This document shows, one piece after another, positions 1 to 13,178 of a stretch of DNA of 53,642 bases (position 1 is the first letter of the stretch; the number at the start of each line of letters is the position of its first letter). The notes beneath the pieces are model-generated. The model did no database searches. It saw only the letters and a list, made by a program, of their open reading frames with translations, and was not told the origin of the DNA. The stretch is from NCBI GenBank assembly GCA_024400135.1, contig JAKSNE010000001.1, forward strand, positions 1-53,642. The letters are read 5' to 3'. The translations under genes were made by a program, and so were the position numbers. Origin of the DNA: Paludibacteraceae bacterium. GTDB taxonomy: Bacteria > Bacteroidota > Bacteroidia > Bacteroidales > Paludibacteraceae.

Positions 1-3000
1 CGCCCTTGAGGAAGTCTTCAAACTGCTCCCATTGCGGTTCTTTGCTATCCAACGTGAAGGGGTTCTTACCTTCAACCTCTAACTGCGGGTTATAACGCCA
101 CAAGTGCCAATAACCACAAGCCACTGCTTTTGCCTCTTCCTCTTGCGACTTACCCATTCCGGCCTTCAGACCATGGTTGATACAAGGCGCATAAGCAATG
201 ACAAGCGACGGTCCGGGATAAGCCTCGGCTTCGCGGATGGCTTTCAGCGTCTGCGCTTGGTCTGCACCCATAGCCACTTGAGCCACATAGACATAGCCGT
301 AGGTAGTAGCAATCATACCTAAGTCTTTCTTACGCACGCGCTTACCCATAGCTGCGAACTTAGCGATAGCTCCGAGCGGAGTCGATTTGGAAGCCTGTCC
401 ACCGGTGTTGGAATAAACCTCGGTATCGAGTACGAGGATATTCACGTCCTCACCCGAAGCGATGACGTGGTCTAAGCCTCCGTAACCGATATCGTACGAA
501 GCACCGTCACCACCAACGATCCATTGGCTACGTTTAACAATATGATCTTTGTATTTGAGAATCTCTTTACAAGTGTCGCAACCGCAAGCCGTCATCGCTG
601 CTACCATCGGCTCGTAGAGGCGCTTGGTTACTTCGGCAGAGTTCTTATTCTCTAACCACTCGCGGAACATCGCTTTCAGTTCGTCCGAGCAGCAAGTGCA
701 GTCTTGCGCTTTGGTCATAAGGCGTGCCAAACGCTCTTTGATCTTACGGTGAGCGATTTGCATACCCAAACCGTATTCGCAGAAGTCCTCAAACAGCGAG
801 TTCGACCATGCAGGACCATGCCCTTTCTCGTTCGTGGTATAAGGAGTAGAAGGAACAGAACCCGAATAGATAGAGGTGCAACCCGTTGCGTTAGCCACAA
901 TCTCACGATCGCCAAAGAGTTGGCTGATGAGTTTGAGATACGGTGTCTCACCGCAACCCGAGCAAGCGCCCGAGAACTCAAACAGCGGTGTAGCGAATTG
1001 CGAGTTCTTCACATTCGATTGGATATCTATCAGTTCCTGTTTGCTCTTGACATTGTTCACGCAGTAATCCCAGTTCTTAGCTTCTGCCTCTTGTCCCTCC
1101 AGCGGAACCATCGTCAAGGCTTTGCCTAACTTCGGATTGCCCGGACATACATCAACGCAGTTACCGCAACCAAGGCAGTCCATAACGCCCACCTGCATAC
1201 GGAAATGCATACCCTTGAGAGCTGCCGGAGCTTTCATCTCACGCGTAGTCGCCTCAAAACCTTGTTTCTCCTGCTCGTCCAAAACGAACGGACGGATACA
1301 AGCGTGAGGACAAACGTATGCGCACTTGTTACACTCGATACAGTTATCGGCATTCCAAACGGGAACGAACGCACTCACACCGCGTTTCTCATATTTAGCC
1401 GTACCGCTTGGCCATGTACCATCCTCAATACTCTTGAAGGAAGATACGGGCAGTAAGTCACCGGCTTGGGCATTGATAGGACGAACGAGTTTAGCGATGA
1501 ACGCAGGATCACCGGCTACGCCTTCATCCTCCTTCACTTCGATGTTCTTCCAAGCGGGATCAATGTCTAACAAGTGATATTCGCCTCCACGATCCACGGC
1601 AGCGTAGTTCTTGTTGACTACATCTTCGCCCTTCTTCCCGTAGGACTTGAGGATGAAGTGTTTCATCTCCTCAACCGCTTTCTCAACGGGGATAACCTCG
1701 GTGATACGGAAGAAGGCAGATTGCAGGATCGTGTTCGTGCGGTTGCCCAAACCAATCTCTTGTGCAATCTTCGTTGCATTGATATAGTAGCAACGGATAT
1801 CGTTGTCGGCAAAGTATTTCTTCACTTTGTCGGGCAGGTTCTTCTTGAGTTCGTCTCCACTCCAAATCGTATTGAGCAGGAACGTACCGCCTTTCTGCAA
1901 ACCGCGCGTCACATCGTACATCTTCAGGTAAGCCTGTACGTGGCAAGCCACGAAGTTAGGCGTGGTCACCAGATAGGTCGAGCGGATAGGCTCATCACCA
2001 AAACGCAAGTGCGAGCAGGTGAAACCACCCGATTTCTTACTATCATAACTGAAATATGCTTGACAATACTTATCGGTTCCCTCACCGATGATCTTCACGG
2101 AGTTCTTGTTGGCACCCACCGTACCATCGGCACCCAAGCCATAGAACTTAGCTTGGAACAGGCTCTTATCGCCCATCGCAATCTCCTCACCTACGGGCAG
2201 AGAAGTGAAGGTCACATCGTCGTTGATACCGACCGTGAAATGGTTCTTGGGTTGCGGTAAGTTGAGGTTCTCATAAACCGCCAACATCTGTGCCGGCGTG
2301 GTATCGTTACTTCCTAAACCGTAACGACCGCCGACTACCTCGATGTGGTTCAGACCCAACTCTTGCAAAGCATCTTTCACGTCCAGATACAAAGGCTCAC
2401 CATTCGCACCCGGCTCTTTCGTGCGGTCAAGCACGCAGATACGTTTAACCGACTTAGGCAATGCCTCTTGTAAGTATTTGAGGGAGAAGGGACGATAGAG
2501 GTGTACGTTGATCATTCCGAGTTTCTTTCCCTTAGCTGCCTCGTAGTCAATCACTTCCTTCAAGCACTCGCATACGCTACCCATAGCAATCACCACCTGT
2601 TCGGCATCTGCTGCACCATAATAGGTAAACGGACGATACTCGCGACCGGTGATCTTAGAGATCTCCTTCATGTAGTCGGAAACGATATCCGCCACCTTAT
2701 CATAATAGGTGTTGCAACTCTCACGGTGAGCAAAGAACACATCGGGGTTCTCCGCCATTCCACGCATCACAGGACGCATTGGGCTGAGTGCGCGTTGGCG
2801 GAACTCATTGAGCGCCTCCATATCTACGAGCGGACGAAGGTCCTCCATATCTACGACTTCTACTTTCTGATACTCGTGCGAAGTGCGAAAACCATCAAAG
2901 AAATTGAGGAACGGGACTCTACTCTTAATCGTACTGAGGTGCGCCACACCGGCAAGGTCCATTACTTCTTGTACACTACCTTCAGCGAGCATCGCGAAAC

Positions 3001-3412
3001 CTGTTTGACGGCAAGCCATCACATCTTGGTGGTCACCAAAGATACAAAGCACATGACTCGCCAGCGTACGAGCCGATACGTGGAAGACCGTAGGAATCAA
3101 CTCACCTGCAATCTTATACATATTCGGGATCATCAACAACAATCCCTGACTGGCGGTAAACGTCGTCGTTAATGCACCCGCAGCCAACGAACCGTGCACA
3201 GCACCGGCTGCGCCACCTTCGGACTGCATCTCTTGTACTAATACCTGTTCTCCAAACATGTTTTGACGGCCACCGGCTGCCCATTCATCTACGTTCTCCG
3301 CCATTGGAGAGGATGGAGTGATAGGATAGATAGCGGCTACCTCGGTAAACATATACGCTATATGCGCCGCAGCCGTATTACCATCACAAGTCAAAAACTT
3401 CTTTTCTTTCAT
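1..3412 (-). CDS. nifJ: Pyruvate:ferredoxin/flavodoxin oxidoreductase (PFOR). N-terminus is complete; the C-terminal ~50 aa run off the window edge.
   Basis: Not in the supplied ORF track because there is no stop inside the window. A reverse-strand ATG at 3412-3410 opens MKEKKFLTCDGNTAAAHIAY. Hand translation shows PFOR hallmarks: GMINVHLYRPFS (~2470-2510), the 4Fe-4S motif MQVGVMDCLGCGNCVDVCP (~1145-1200) and the TPP site VYSNTGGQASKSTPLGAIA (~365-420). The + strand ORFs at 104-3172 are antisense shadows. Confidence 0.9.
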   Translation of the reverse strand, partial: MKEKKFLTCDGNTAAAHIAYMFTEVAAIYPITPSSPMAENVDEWAAGGRQNMFGEQVLVQEMQSEGGAAGAVHGSLAAGALTTTFTASQGLLLMIPNMYKIAGELIPTVFHVSARTLASHVLCIFGDHQDVMACRQTGFAMLAEGSVQEVMDLAGVAHLSTIKSRVPFLNFFDGFRTSHEYQKVEVVDMEDLRPLVDMEALNEFRQRALSPMRPVMRGMAENPDVFFAHRESCNTYYDKVADIVSDYMKEISKITGREYRPFTYYGAADAEQVVIAMGSVCECLKEVIDYEAAKGKKLGMINVHLYRPFSLKYLQEALPKSVKRICVLDRTKEPGANGEPLYLDVKDALQELGLNHIEVVGGRYGLGSNDTTPAQMLAVYENLNLPQPKNHFTVGINDDVTFTSLPVGEEIAMGDKSLFQAKFYGLGADGTVGANKNSVKIIGEGTDKYCQAYFSYDSKKSGGFTCSHLRFGDEPIRSTYLVTTPNFVACHVQAYLKMYDVTRGLQKGGTFLLNTIWSGDELKKNLPDKVKKYFADNDIRCYYINATKIAQEIGLGNRTNTILQSAFFRITEVIPVEKAVEEMKHFILKSYGKKGEDVVNKNYAAVDRGGEYHLLDIDPAWKNIEVKEDEGVAGDPAFIAKLVRPINAQAGDLLPVSSFKSIEDGTWPSGTAKYEKRGVSAFVPVWNADNCIECNKCAYVCPHACIRPFVLDEQEKQGFEATTREMKAPAALKGMHFRMQVGVMDCLGCGNCVDVCPGNPKLGKALTMVPLEGQEAEAKNWDYCVNNVKSKQELIDIQSNVKNSQFATPLFEFSGACSGCGETPYLKLISQLFGDREIVANATGCTSIYSGSVPSTPYTTNEKGHGPAWSNSLFEDFCEYGLGMQIAHRKIKERLARLMTKAQDCTCCSDELKAMFREWLENKNSAEVTKRLYEPMVAAMTACGCDTCKEILKYKDHIVKRSQWIVGGDGASYDIGYGGLDHVIASGEDVNILVLDTEVYSNTGGQASKSTPLGAIAKFAAMGKRVRKKDLGMIATTYGYVYVAQVAMGADQAQTLKAIREAEAYPGPSLVIAYAPCINHGLKAGMGKSQEEEAKAVACGYWHLWRYNPQLEVEGKNPFTLDSKEPQWEQFEDFLKG

Positions 3413-3456
3413 ATTGTTTGTTATCTTAATTGTTAATTTTTAAATTCACTTTCACT

Positions 3457-4677
3457 TTAATATAAGAACCCTAACAGCCACAACGGCATATAATTGCCGC
3501 GCCCGGTTTCCAAGTCACCCACGGCACAAGGACGGATACTATCACGCTCCGTAACATGTTCTTTCACGTCGAAATAGTACTTGCCATCCACCACAAACAT
3601 CGCATTGCGCTCCGTTGCATTCACTCTATGATCCGAGTGCAACGCCTGATAGAAATACGTCTCATACTCCTCCATGGGCGACAAGTCGCGCTCCAAAGCC
3701 ATGTTGGCAATGTTCGTGTTTTGCATATATACCTTCGTAGGCTTCATCGGATATTGCTTACCATCCATATACAAGAGATTCAGCAGACGCGCATCCTTGA
3801 GGCATTTGATATAGTTCATCGTTGTGGCACGCGACATCGAGATATCCTCCGAGATATTACTGATATTCAACGCACATGGTGCCTCGCGAAGCATAATATG
3901 CAGTAGTTTGCGCAACTTCGGAAGACACGATACATCAATCTGCTTAATAATCAATATATCCACCTCCAACATCATATTCATCATCTTTAGTAGCTCGGTC
4001 TTATAATCTTTATTCTCACGATAAGAGGGGAAATAGCCGCTGCGTAAGTAGTTCTTGAAATAGTACAAGGGGTGTACAAACTCACAAATCTCACGCGAAA
4101 TCGAACCGTGCGAGCGCACGATCTCATCCAGCGTATAAGGTTGCAAGTGCAAGCCCGTCTGCAAGTTCAGATACTCACGGAACGAGAATCCACGCAGGTT
4201 GTACATCTTAACGATGCCATTCAAATCCCTATTATCCTCTATTAACCGCATCACCGGAGAGGCGGAGAAGACTATGTGCAAGTCATGGAAGCGATCGTGA
4301 CAACGACGCAACTCCTTCGACCAGTTCGGATATTTGAACGTCTGGTCAAGGAACAAATACTTACCTCCCGATTTAACAAAGACGGACGCAAACTCCACGA
4401 GCGAGTGCTCCGTAAAATAGAAGTTATTGAGGTTCACATATAGACACGGACGACCGGTGGCTTTCTTCTTACGAACACCGGCAGCCATCTCGTCACTGAC
4501 CTGAGACTCTACTTCACGAGCACGAACTAATAACAAATCCGTCTTCCCTACTCCACGTCCTCCTTTGATGGCAATCAGACGATCTTCCCAATCAATCTCG
4601 TCCATTAATAAACGGCGAATCGGCATCTCTGCATGTGCCACCAAATAATCGTGCATTTGATAAAAAGCTTCTAACAT
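3457..4677 (-). CDS. AAA+ ATPase (multi-copy Bacteroidales ATP-binding protein, AAA/DUF4143-like)
   Basis: 406-aa ORF with P-loop GGRGVGKTDLLL near the N-terminus. It has its own consensus promoter 27 nt upstream. Confidence 0.7.
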   Translation of the reverse strand: MLEAFYQMHDYLVAHAEMPIRRLLMDEIDWEDRLIAIKGGRGVGKTDLLLVRAREVESQVSDEMAAGVRKKKATGRPCLYVNLNNFYFTEHSLVEFASVFVKSGGKYLFLDQTFKYPNWSKELRRCHDRFHDLHIVFSASPVMRLIEDNRDLNGIVKMYNLRGFSFREYLNLQTGLHLQPYTLDEIVRSHGSISREICEFVHPLYYFKNYLRSGYFPSYRENKDYKTELLKMMNMMLEVDILIIKQIDVSCLPKLRKLLHIMLREAPCALNISNISEDISMSRATTMNYIKCLKDARLLNLLYMDGKQYPMKPTKVYMQNTNIANMALERDLSPMEEYETYFYQALHSDHRVNATERNAMFVVDGKYYFDVKEHVTERDSIRPCAVGDLETGRGNYMPLWLLGFLY

Positions 4678-4703
4678 AATAACGCAAATATTGAAATTTG
4701 GTG

Positions 4704-4735
4704 CAAAGATACAACTTTTTTTTCATATATGCAAG
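4704..4735 (-). promoter_or_regulatory. Bacteroides-type promoter for the AAA+ ATPase gene
   Basis: Minus strand reads CTTG, a 20-nt spacer, then TATCTTTG (-7 box TAnnTTTG at 4711-4704). It lies 27 nt upstream of the ATG at 4677. Confidence 0.4.
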
Positions 4736-4770
4736 CGCGCGCGCAATTTTCCTTATAAAAAATATAAAAA

Positions 4771-4807
4771 AGGCAAAAAAGAAAGGGGCTGCTTGGCAGT
4801 CCCTTTC
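4771..4807 (-). terminator. Rho-independent terminator downstream of the ferredoxin gene
   Basis: Minus-strand hairpin GAAAGGGACTGCCAAGCAGCCCCTTTC (4807-4781) is followed by CTTTTTTGCC. Confidence 0.5.
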
Positions 4808-4827
4808 ACTATACTCGCTAACGGCAA

Positions 4828-4992
4828 TTATTTGGAAATTGCGCCGCTCGGGCATACATCTGCGCATGTACCGCACTCGGTGCACACATCAGGGTCAATG
4901 GAATAATGATCGCCTTCGGAAATAGCTCCCATCGGGCACTCATCTTTACAGGTGCCACAAGCGATACAATCATCAGAAATAACGTAAGCCAT
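4828..4992 (-). CDS. 2x[4Fe-4S] ferredoxin, 54 aa
   Basis: Below the ORF-track size cutoff. Hand translation gives MAYVISDDCIACGTCKDECPMGAISEGDHYSIDPDVCTECGTCADVCPSGAISK with two CxxCxxCxxxCP motifs. ATG at 4992-4990, TAA at 4830-4828. Confidence 0.85.
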   Translation of the reverse strand: MAYVISDDCIACGTCKDECPMGAISEGDHYSIDPDVCTECGTCADVCPSGAISK

Positions 4993-5041
4993 AATACAAA
5001 ATTTTTAAGTTATACTTAGGGTTGATTTTTTAATTCGAGTG

Positions 5042-5073
5042 CAAAGATACTGCTTTTTTTTGATATGTGCAAA
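5042..5073 (-). promoter_or_regulatory. Bacteroides-type promoter for the ferredoxin gene
   Basis: Minus strand reads TTTG (5073-5070), a 20-nt spacer, then TATCTTTG (5049-5042). It lies 50 nt upstream of the ATG. Confidence 0.45.
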
Positions 5074-5103
5074 TATATTCGCAAAAAAGTGCAAAATTAT
5101 CAA

Positions 5104-5730
5104 TTATTTTTTCTTTTGCGCTAAGGCAGCCAATAATTGTGCATTCGGTCCGGTGAGTTTACCCGAAGCCAATCCCTTCTGCTTGGCGTAGGTTGTCCAG
5201 TCTTTCGCGCCGTGCTCCATCTTAAGGGGCAATCCCAACTGTAAGAAATGGCAATAAGCAATACCCAACGCGTCCGTGGCATCTAATTTTTTAGGCATTT
5301 TCTCATCGGGAATCTTCAAGAACCGTTGCAGCATATCCGCCACCTGCGATTTATCCGAATGCCCATTGCCCGTAATCGCCATTTTGACCTTCATCGGAGA
5401 GTATTCGTTAATGGGTATATCGCGACTCAAAGCCGCCGCTATCGCCACCCCTTGCGCATGGACAATCTTAATCATTGTTTGCGGGTTTTTATCCACAAAC
5501 TGCGTCTCAATCGCCAACTCCGTAGGGTGCTGATTATCAATTAGTTGTTGCAAGAAAAAGAACTCCTTTTGCAGACGCGCATACTGCCCGTCTAACTTGT
5601 GTACATCCTCCACACCAAAGTCCACCAACTGCACCTTAGAGCCCTCGGTATCAAGTATCGCCCAACCCATAAAAAGAGTACCCGGGTCGATACCTAAAAT
5701 ACGATGATGAGAAACCAGTTTATCTATCAT
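5104..5730 (-). CDS. ruvC: Crossover junction endodeoxyribonuclease RuvC
   Basis: N-terminus ILGIDPGTLFMGWAILD carries the RNase H-fold catalytic Asp, and the rest shows RuvC-like conservation. It has a longer-than-usual basic C-terminal tail. Confidence 0.85.
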   Translation of the reverse strand: MIDKLVSHHRILGIDPGTLFMGWAILDTEGSKVQLVDFGVEDVHKLDGQYARLQKEFFFLQQLIDNQHPTELAIETQFVDKNPQTMIKIVHAQGVAIAAALSRDIPINEYSPMKVKMAITGNGHSDKSQVADMLQRFLKIPDEKMPKKLDATDALGIAYCHFLQLGLPLKMEHGAKDWTTYAKQKGLASGKLTGPNAQLLAALAQKKK

Positions 5731-6035
5731 TTTTCGGGAACAACATACACATCCTCGTCGGGCGTATGCATGTAGTATTTTTCACGGGCATACTTCTCCA
5801 GACTGTCAGGATTTTGCAACATAATAAGTTCGCGTTCCGCCTCTTTCGTGCCTTGATGGTACTGCTCCAAGCGGCGCTCCAACAGGTGAATCTGGTGCGC
5901 ACGACGCATGCGCTCAAGCAAACTCTGATCACCCACGAACATGATTACTACAAAGAACACTAAAAGCGTAATCGAATACTTGTTCAACAAGTATTTTTTA
6001 CACCAATCTCCTATTTTTGACCAATTTATCTGCAT
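5727..6035 (-). CDS. Septum formation initiator (FtsB/DivIC-like)
   Basis: Single N-terminal TM segment (YSITLLVFFVVIMFV) followed by a coiled-coil (LLERRLEQYHQGTKEAERELIMLQN). I moved the start to the ATG at 6035 because the 13 upstream codons of the ORF overlap the promoter. It overlaps the ruvC start by 4 nt. Confidence 0.65.
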   Translation of the reverse strand: MQINWSKIGDWCKKYLLNKYSITLLVFFVVIMFVGDQSLLERMRRAHQIHLLERRLEQYHQGTKEAERELIMLQNPDSLEKYAREKYYMHTPDEDVYVVPEK

Positions 6036-6043
6036 TTCGGGTG

Positions 6044-6091
6044 CAAAATTACAAAAAAGTTTGCACATATGCAAAAAAAATTGTAACTTTG
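6044..6091. promoter_or_regulatory. Divergent promoter pair sharing a near-palindromic -33 element
   Basis: Plus strand reads TTTG (6060-6063), 20 nt, TAACTTTG (6084-6091), then the ATG at 6103. Minus strand reads TTTG (6075-6072), 20 nt, TAATTTTG (6051-6044), then the ATG at 6035. The core TTTGCACATATGCAAA supplies TTTG on both strands. Confidence 0.45.
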
Positions 6092-6102
6092 CACGCTAAA
6101 AT

Positions 6103-10175
<4,073 letters not shown>

Positions 10176-10179
<4 letters not shown>

Positions 10180-11093
10180 TTCACGGTCTCGGTACAGCAC
10201 TTATCACTCCTTTCCACGCAGATGGTTCGGTGGATTACGAAGGACTGGATAAACTTTTAGATATACAATTGACTGGACACGTCGATTTTCTCGTTGTTCT
10301 CGGTACCACGGCAGAAGCCGCGACGATGACCGAACTCGAGAAACTGAACGTGTGGCAGTTCGTGATTAACAAAGTCAATGGTCGCCTGCCCCTCGTCCTC
10401 GGTCTTGGGGGGAACAACACCCAAGCACTTATCAATCGAATCAACAATCAACAACAGGCACTCAGTAAGTATTGCGAGGCAATCTTGAGCGTTTGCCCTT
10501 ACTACAACAAGCCTTCTCAAGAGGGTCTTTTCCAGCATTTCTCTGCCATAGCTCAGGTCAGTCCCGTACCTATTATTTTATATAACGTGCCCGGGCGCAC
10601 GGGCGTGAACCTCTTGCCCGAGACGGTGATGCGTATCTACGAAGCCTTCCCCGACAAGATCATGGGTATCAAAGAAGCCTCCGGCAACCTCGAACAAATC
10701 AAACACCTACTCGCCTTACGAGATAACTTTAAACTCTCAACTAATAAACTAAACAACTACTCTAAACTCTCAACTCTAAACTCTACACTAAAAATATTCA
10801 GTGGCGACGACAACCTCGCCGCCGAACTGATGGCAGCGGGTGCGGACGGACTGATTTCTGTGGCTTCGAATGCTTATCCCGAGGCGTTTGGGCAGATTGT
10901 ACACAATGCCGACCAAGCGCTTCAAGACCACTATGCCGACTTAGTCAAATACTTATTTATCGAGGGTAATCCCAGCGGTATCAAGACCGTCCTCAGCCAG
11001 ATGGGCGTTATCGAGAACCATCTGCGTTTGCCTCTCGTTCCTAACTCCGAATCAATACAAAAACTTATTCAACAATGTTTACTTTCATTATAG
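10176..11093 (+). CDS. dapA: 4-hydroxy-tetrahydrodipicolinate synthase
   Basis: Motifs TALITPF, VLGTTAEA, YNVPGRTG and the Schiff-base Lys context GIKEASGN. It contains a ~22-aa heptamer-encoded insertion. Confidence 0.9.
10726..10794 (+). repeat. CTCTAAA-type heptamer array inside dapA
   Basis: aactttaaactctcaactaataaactaaacaactactctaaactctcaactctaaactctacactaaaa encodes NFKLSTNKLNNYSKLSTLNSTLK. Confidence 0.9.
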
Positions 11094-12580
11094 CTCTTGC
11101 CGTTCTCGTAGTGGGTTTCTTCTTGTACGGAACCCTTGTAGAAAAGGTTTTTGGTATCAACCCGAAAGCACAAACACCGGCGGTGGCGCATCCCGATGGA
11201 GTCGATTATGTACCGATGTCGGGTTGGCGCATTTTCCTCGTTCAGTTCCTTAATATCGCCGGACTCGGTCCTATCTTTGGTGCGATTATGGGTATTTTCT
11301 TTGGTCCTGCCGCTTTCCTTTGGATTGTGTTGGGAACGATCTTCGGAGGTGGCGTACACGACTACATGGCGGGAATGCTCTCCGTTCGCAAGAACGGCGC
11401 TTCTATGCCGGAGATTGTCAAGGACGAGATTGGTTCGGGCTTGGCTTACGTAGTGCGTATTTTTATTCTCGTGCTGCTCGTGCTGCTGACCACCACGTTC
11501 ATGACCGGTCCTGCCGCCCTACTGCAAAACATGTGTCCGCTACCCTCTTGGTATATCTGGTTAGGGATTATCTTCCTCTATTACACCTTGGCAACCTTAC
11601 TCCCTGTCGATAAACTCATCGGACGTTTCTACCCTGTCTTCGGTGCCATACTTTTGTTTATGGGGTTAGGTATCATGGTCGTTATGCTGGGTTGGCATAG
11701 TACCGAGATGCCCGAACTCTCGGACGGCTTATACAACCGCCAAACGAACGGGTTGCCTATTTTCCCGATGATGTTCGTGAGTATTGCTTGCGGTGCTATC
11801 AGCGGTTTCCATAGCACTCAATCGCCCCTTATGGCACGTTGCATGACCAATGAGCGCCAAGGACGTTGGATCTTCTACGGAGCGATGGTAGCGGAAGGTA
11901 TCTTAGCCCTTATTTGGGCGGCGGCTGCCGGTACGTTCTTTGCCGTTCCCGAACAAGGTATCTATGGTATTGACGGTCTGCAAGCGTTTGCAGCGCAACA
12001 CCCGAATGAGAACATTGCCGCACTCGTGGTTGATAAGATTAGTAAGTCGTGGCTGGGTCAAGTAGGCGGATTTCTTGCCGTCTTGGGTGTAGTCGTAGCG
12101 CCTATCACTTCGGGTGATACCGCTTTGCGCAGTGCCCGACTGACCGTAGCGGACTTCTTACATATTGACCAAAAACCCATCCTCAATCGTTTGAAGATTG
12201 CTCTGCCTTTGTTCGCAGCGGTGTTTGGAATGGCGTTTGTCGATTTCAATATCGTGTGGCGGTATTTCTCTTGGACGAACCAAACGATATCCGTCTTTAT
12301 CTTGTGGTCTGCGACCCTCTTCCTATATTCCAACAAGAAGGGCTATGGGTTCCTTATTACACTCATTCCCGCCTTGTTTATGACGATGGTGAGTGTTAGT
12401 TATATCTTTATGGCTCCCGAAGGCTTAGACCTCGATCCTGAGAATCGTTGGATTGGTTATGTGGTCGGCGCACTCATTTGCAATGGGCTATTGTTGGCGT
12501 TCGTCAGCTGGACCAAGTACCACTCCCTCCACCACATTGATAAACTCAAAAAACTCCTCAAAAACTGGAGACATGCTTGA
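11075..12580 (+). CDS. cstA: Carbon starvation protein CstA (peptide/pyruvate transporter family)
   Basis: 501-aa polytopic membrane protein. N-terminus ...VDYVPMSGWRIFLVQFLNIAGLGPIFGAIMG is typical of CstA. Confidence 0.85.
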   Translation: MFTFIIALAVLVVGFFLYGTLVEKVFGINPKAQTPAVAHPDGVDYVPMSGWRIFLVQFLNIAGLGPIFGAIMGIFFGPAAFLWIVLGTIFGGGVHDYMAGMLSVRKNGASMPEIVKDEIGSGLAYVVRIFILVLLVLLTTTFMTGPAALLQNMCPLPSWYIWLGIIFLYYTLATLLPVDKLIGRFYPVFGAILLFMGLGIMVVMLGWHSTEMPELSDGLYNRQTNGLPIFPMMFVSIACGAISGFHSTQSPLMARCMTNERQGRWIFYGAMVAEGILALIWAAAAGTFFAVPEQGIYGIDGLQAFAAQHPNENIAALVVDKISKSWLGQVGGFLAVLGVVVAPITSGDTALRSARLTVADFLHIDQKPILNRLKIALPLFAAVFGMAFVDFNIVWRYFSWTNQTISVFILWSATLFLYSNKKGYGFLITLIPALFMTMVSVSYIFMAPEGLDLDPENRWIGYVVGALICNGLLLAFVSWTKYHSLHHIDKLKKLLKNWRHA

Positions 12581-13178
12581 CGACATTCGTTATATCCACT
12601 GTCTCAATCGTTCGCGTATCATCCAGCAGCACCTCAACGACTGCCGTGACGAGCGCCGCCCCTACGTCTTCATAACGGATACGATGACTTTATCAACTTT
12701 TAACTCTCAACTATCGCCGTCAGGCGCAACAACTCTACACTCTACACTCTACACTCTAAACTCTATCCTCGTTCCAATCTCAATGCTCGAAGAGGAAGTC
12801 TATAAATCCGAGATCTGCACTTACCTCGCTCGGAAGACGGGTGCAGAGATATTGCTTTTGCTCGCGAACGATTATGGGACGAAAGCGAAACAGAACTTAG
12901 ACAAGATTATCACGCATATTGAGAAGGTCAAAGAACGCACAGGCGAAGACATCCGTTATCGGGTGTTACAAGCGAAAAAGAACAGTTTCAGCCTTGCCAA
13001 AGAGGCGGTAGAGCGTCAATCCGAATGGAAAAACGACTTACTCATCCTCACCGCCAGTCGGGAGTACGGGTTAGACGATATCCTTTTCGGTCCGCCCGAA
13101 CGCCACGCCATTGCACGCAGTCGTGTTCCGGTCATGCTCATCAATCCCCGTGCCGATTTATTTTCTTTATGCGATTAA
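12573..13178 (+). CDS. Universal stress protein (UspA)-like protein; start uncertain
   Basis: USP-like beta1 strand ILVPIS and C-terminal DLLILTASREYGLDDILFGPPERHAIARSRVPVMLI. I chose the ATG at 12573 (ATGCTTGA overlap with the cstA stop) over the ORF-track start at 12453, which lies inside cstA. Confidence 0.5.
   Translation: MLDDIRYIHCLNRSRIIQQHLNDCRDERRPYVFITDTMTLSTFNSQLSPSGATTLHSTLYTLNSILVPISMLEEEVYKSEICTYLARKTGAEILLLLANDYGTKAKQNLDKIITHIEKVKERTGEDIRYRVLQAKKNSFSLAKEAVERQSEWKNDLLILTASREYGLDDILFGPPERHAIARSRVPVMLINPRADLFSLCD
12687..12766 (+). repeat. Heptamer arrays (CTCTCAA/CTCTACA units) in the 5' part of the USP-like ORF
   Basis: actttatcaacttttaactctcaacta ... aactctacactctacactctacactctaaactctat. 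Confidence 0.85.

Noticed and set aside
104-3172. Multiple + strand ORFs (72-228 aa) across the first 3.2 kb
   Set aside because: They are antisense shadows of the uninterrupted minus-strand PFOR reading frame, which shows unmistakable family motifs. They have low-complexity, R/H/L-rich compositions.
12453-12572. ORF-track start of the USP-like ORF, inside cstA
   Set aside because: The first 40 codons overlap the cstA 3' end out of frame. The ATG at 12573, which overlaps the cstA stop, is more plausible. The true start remains uncertain.
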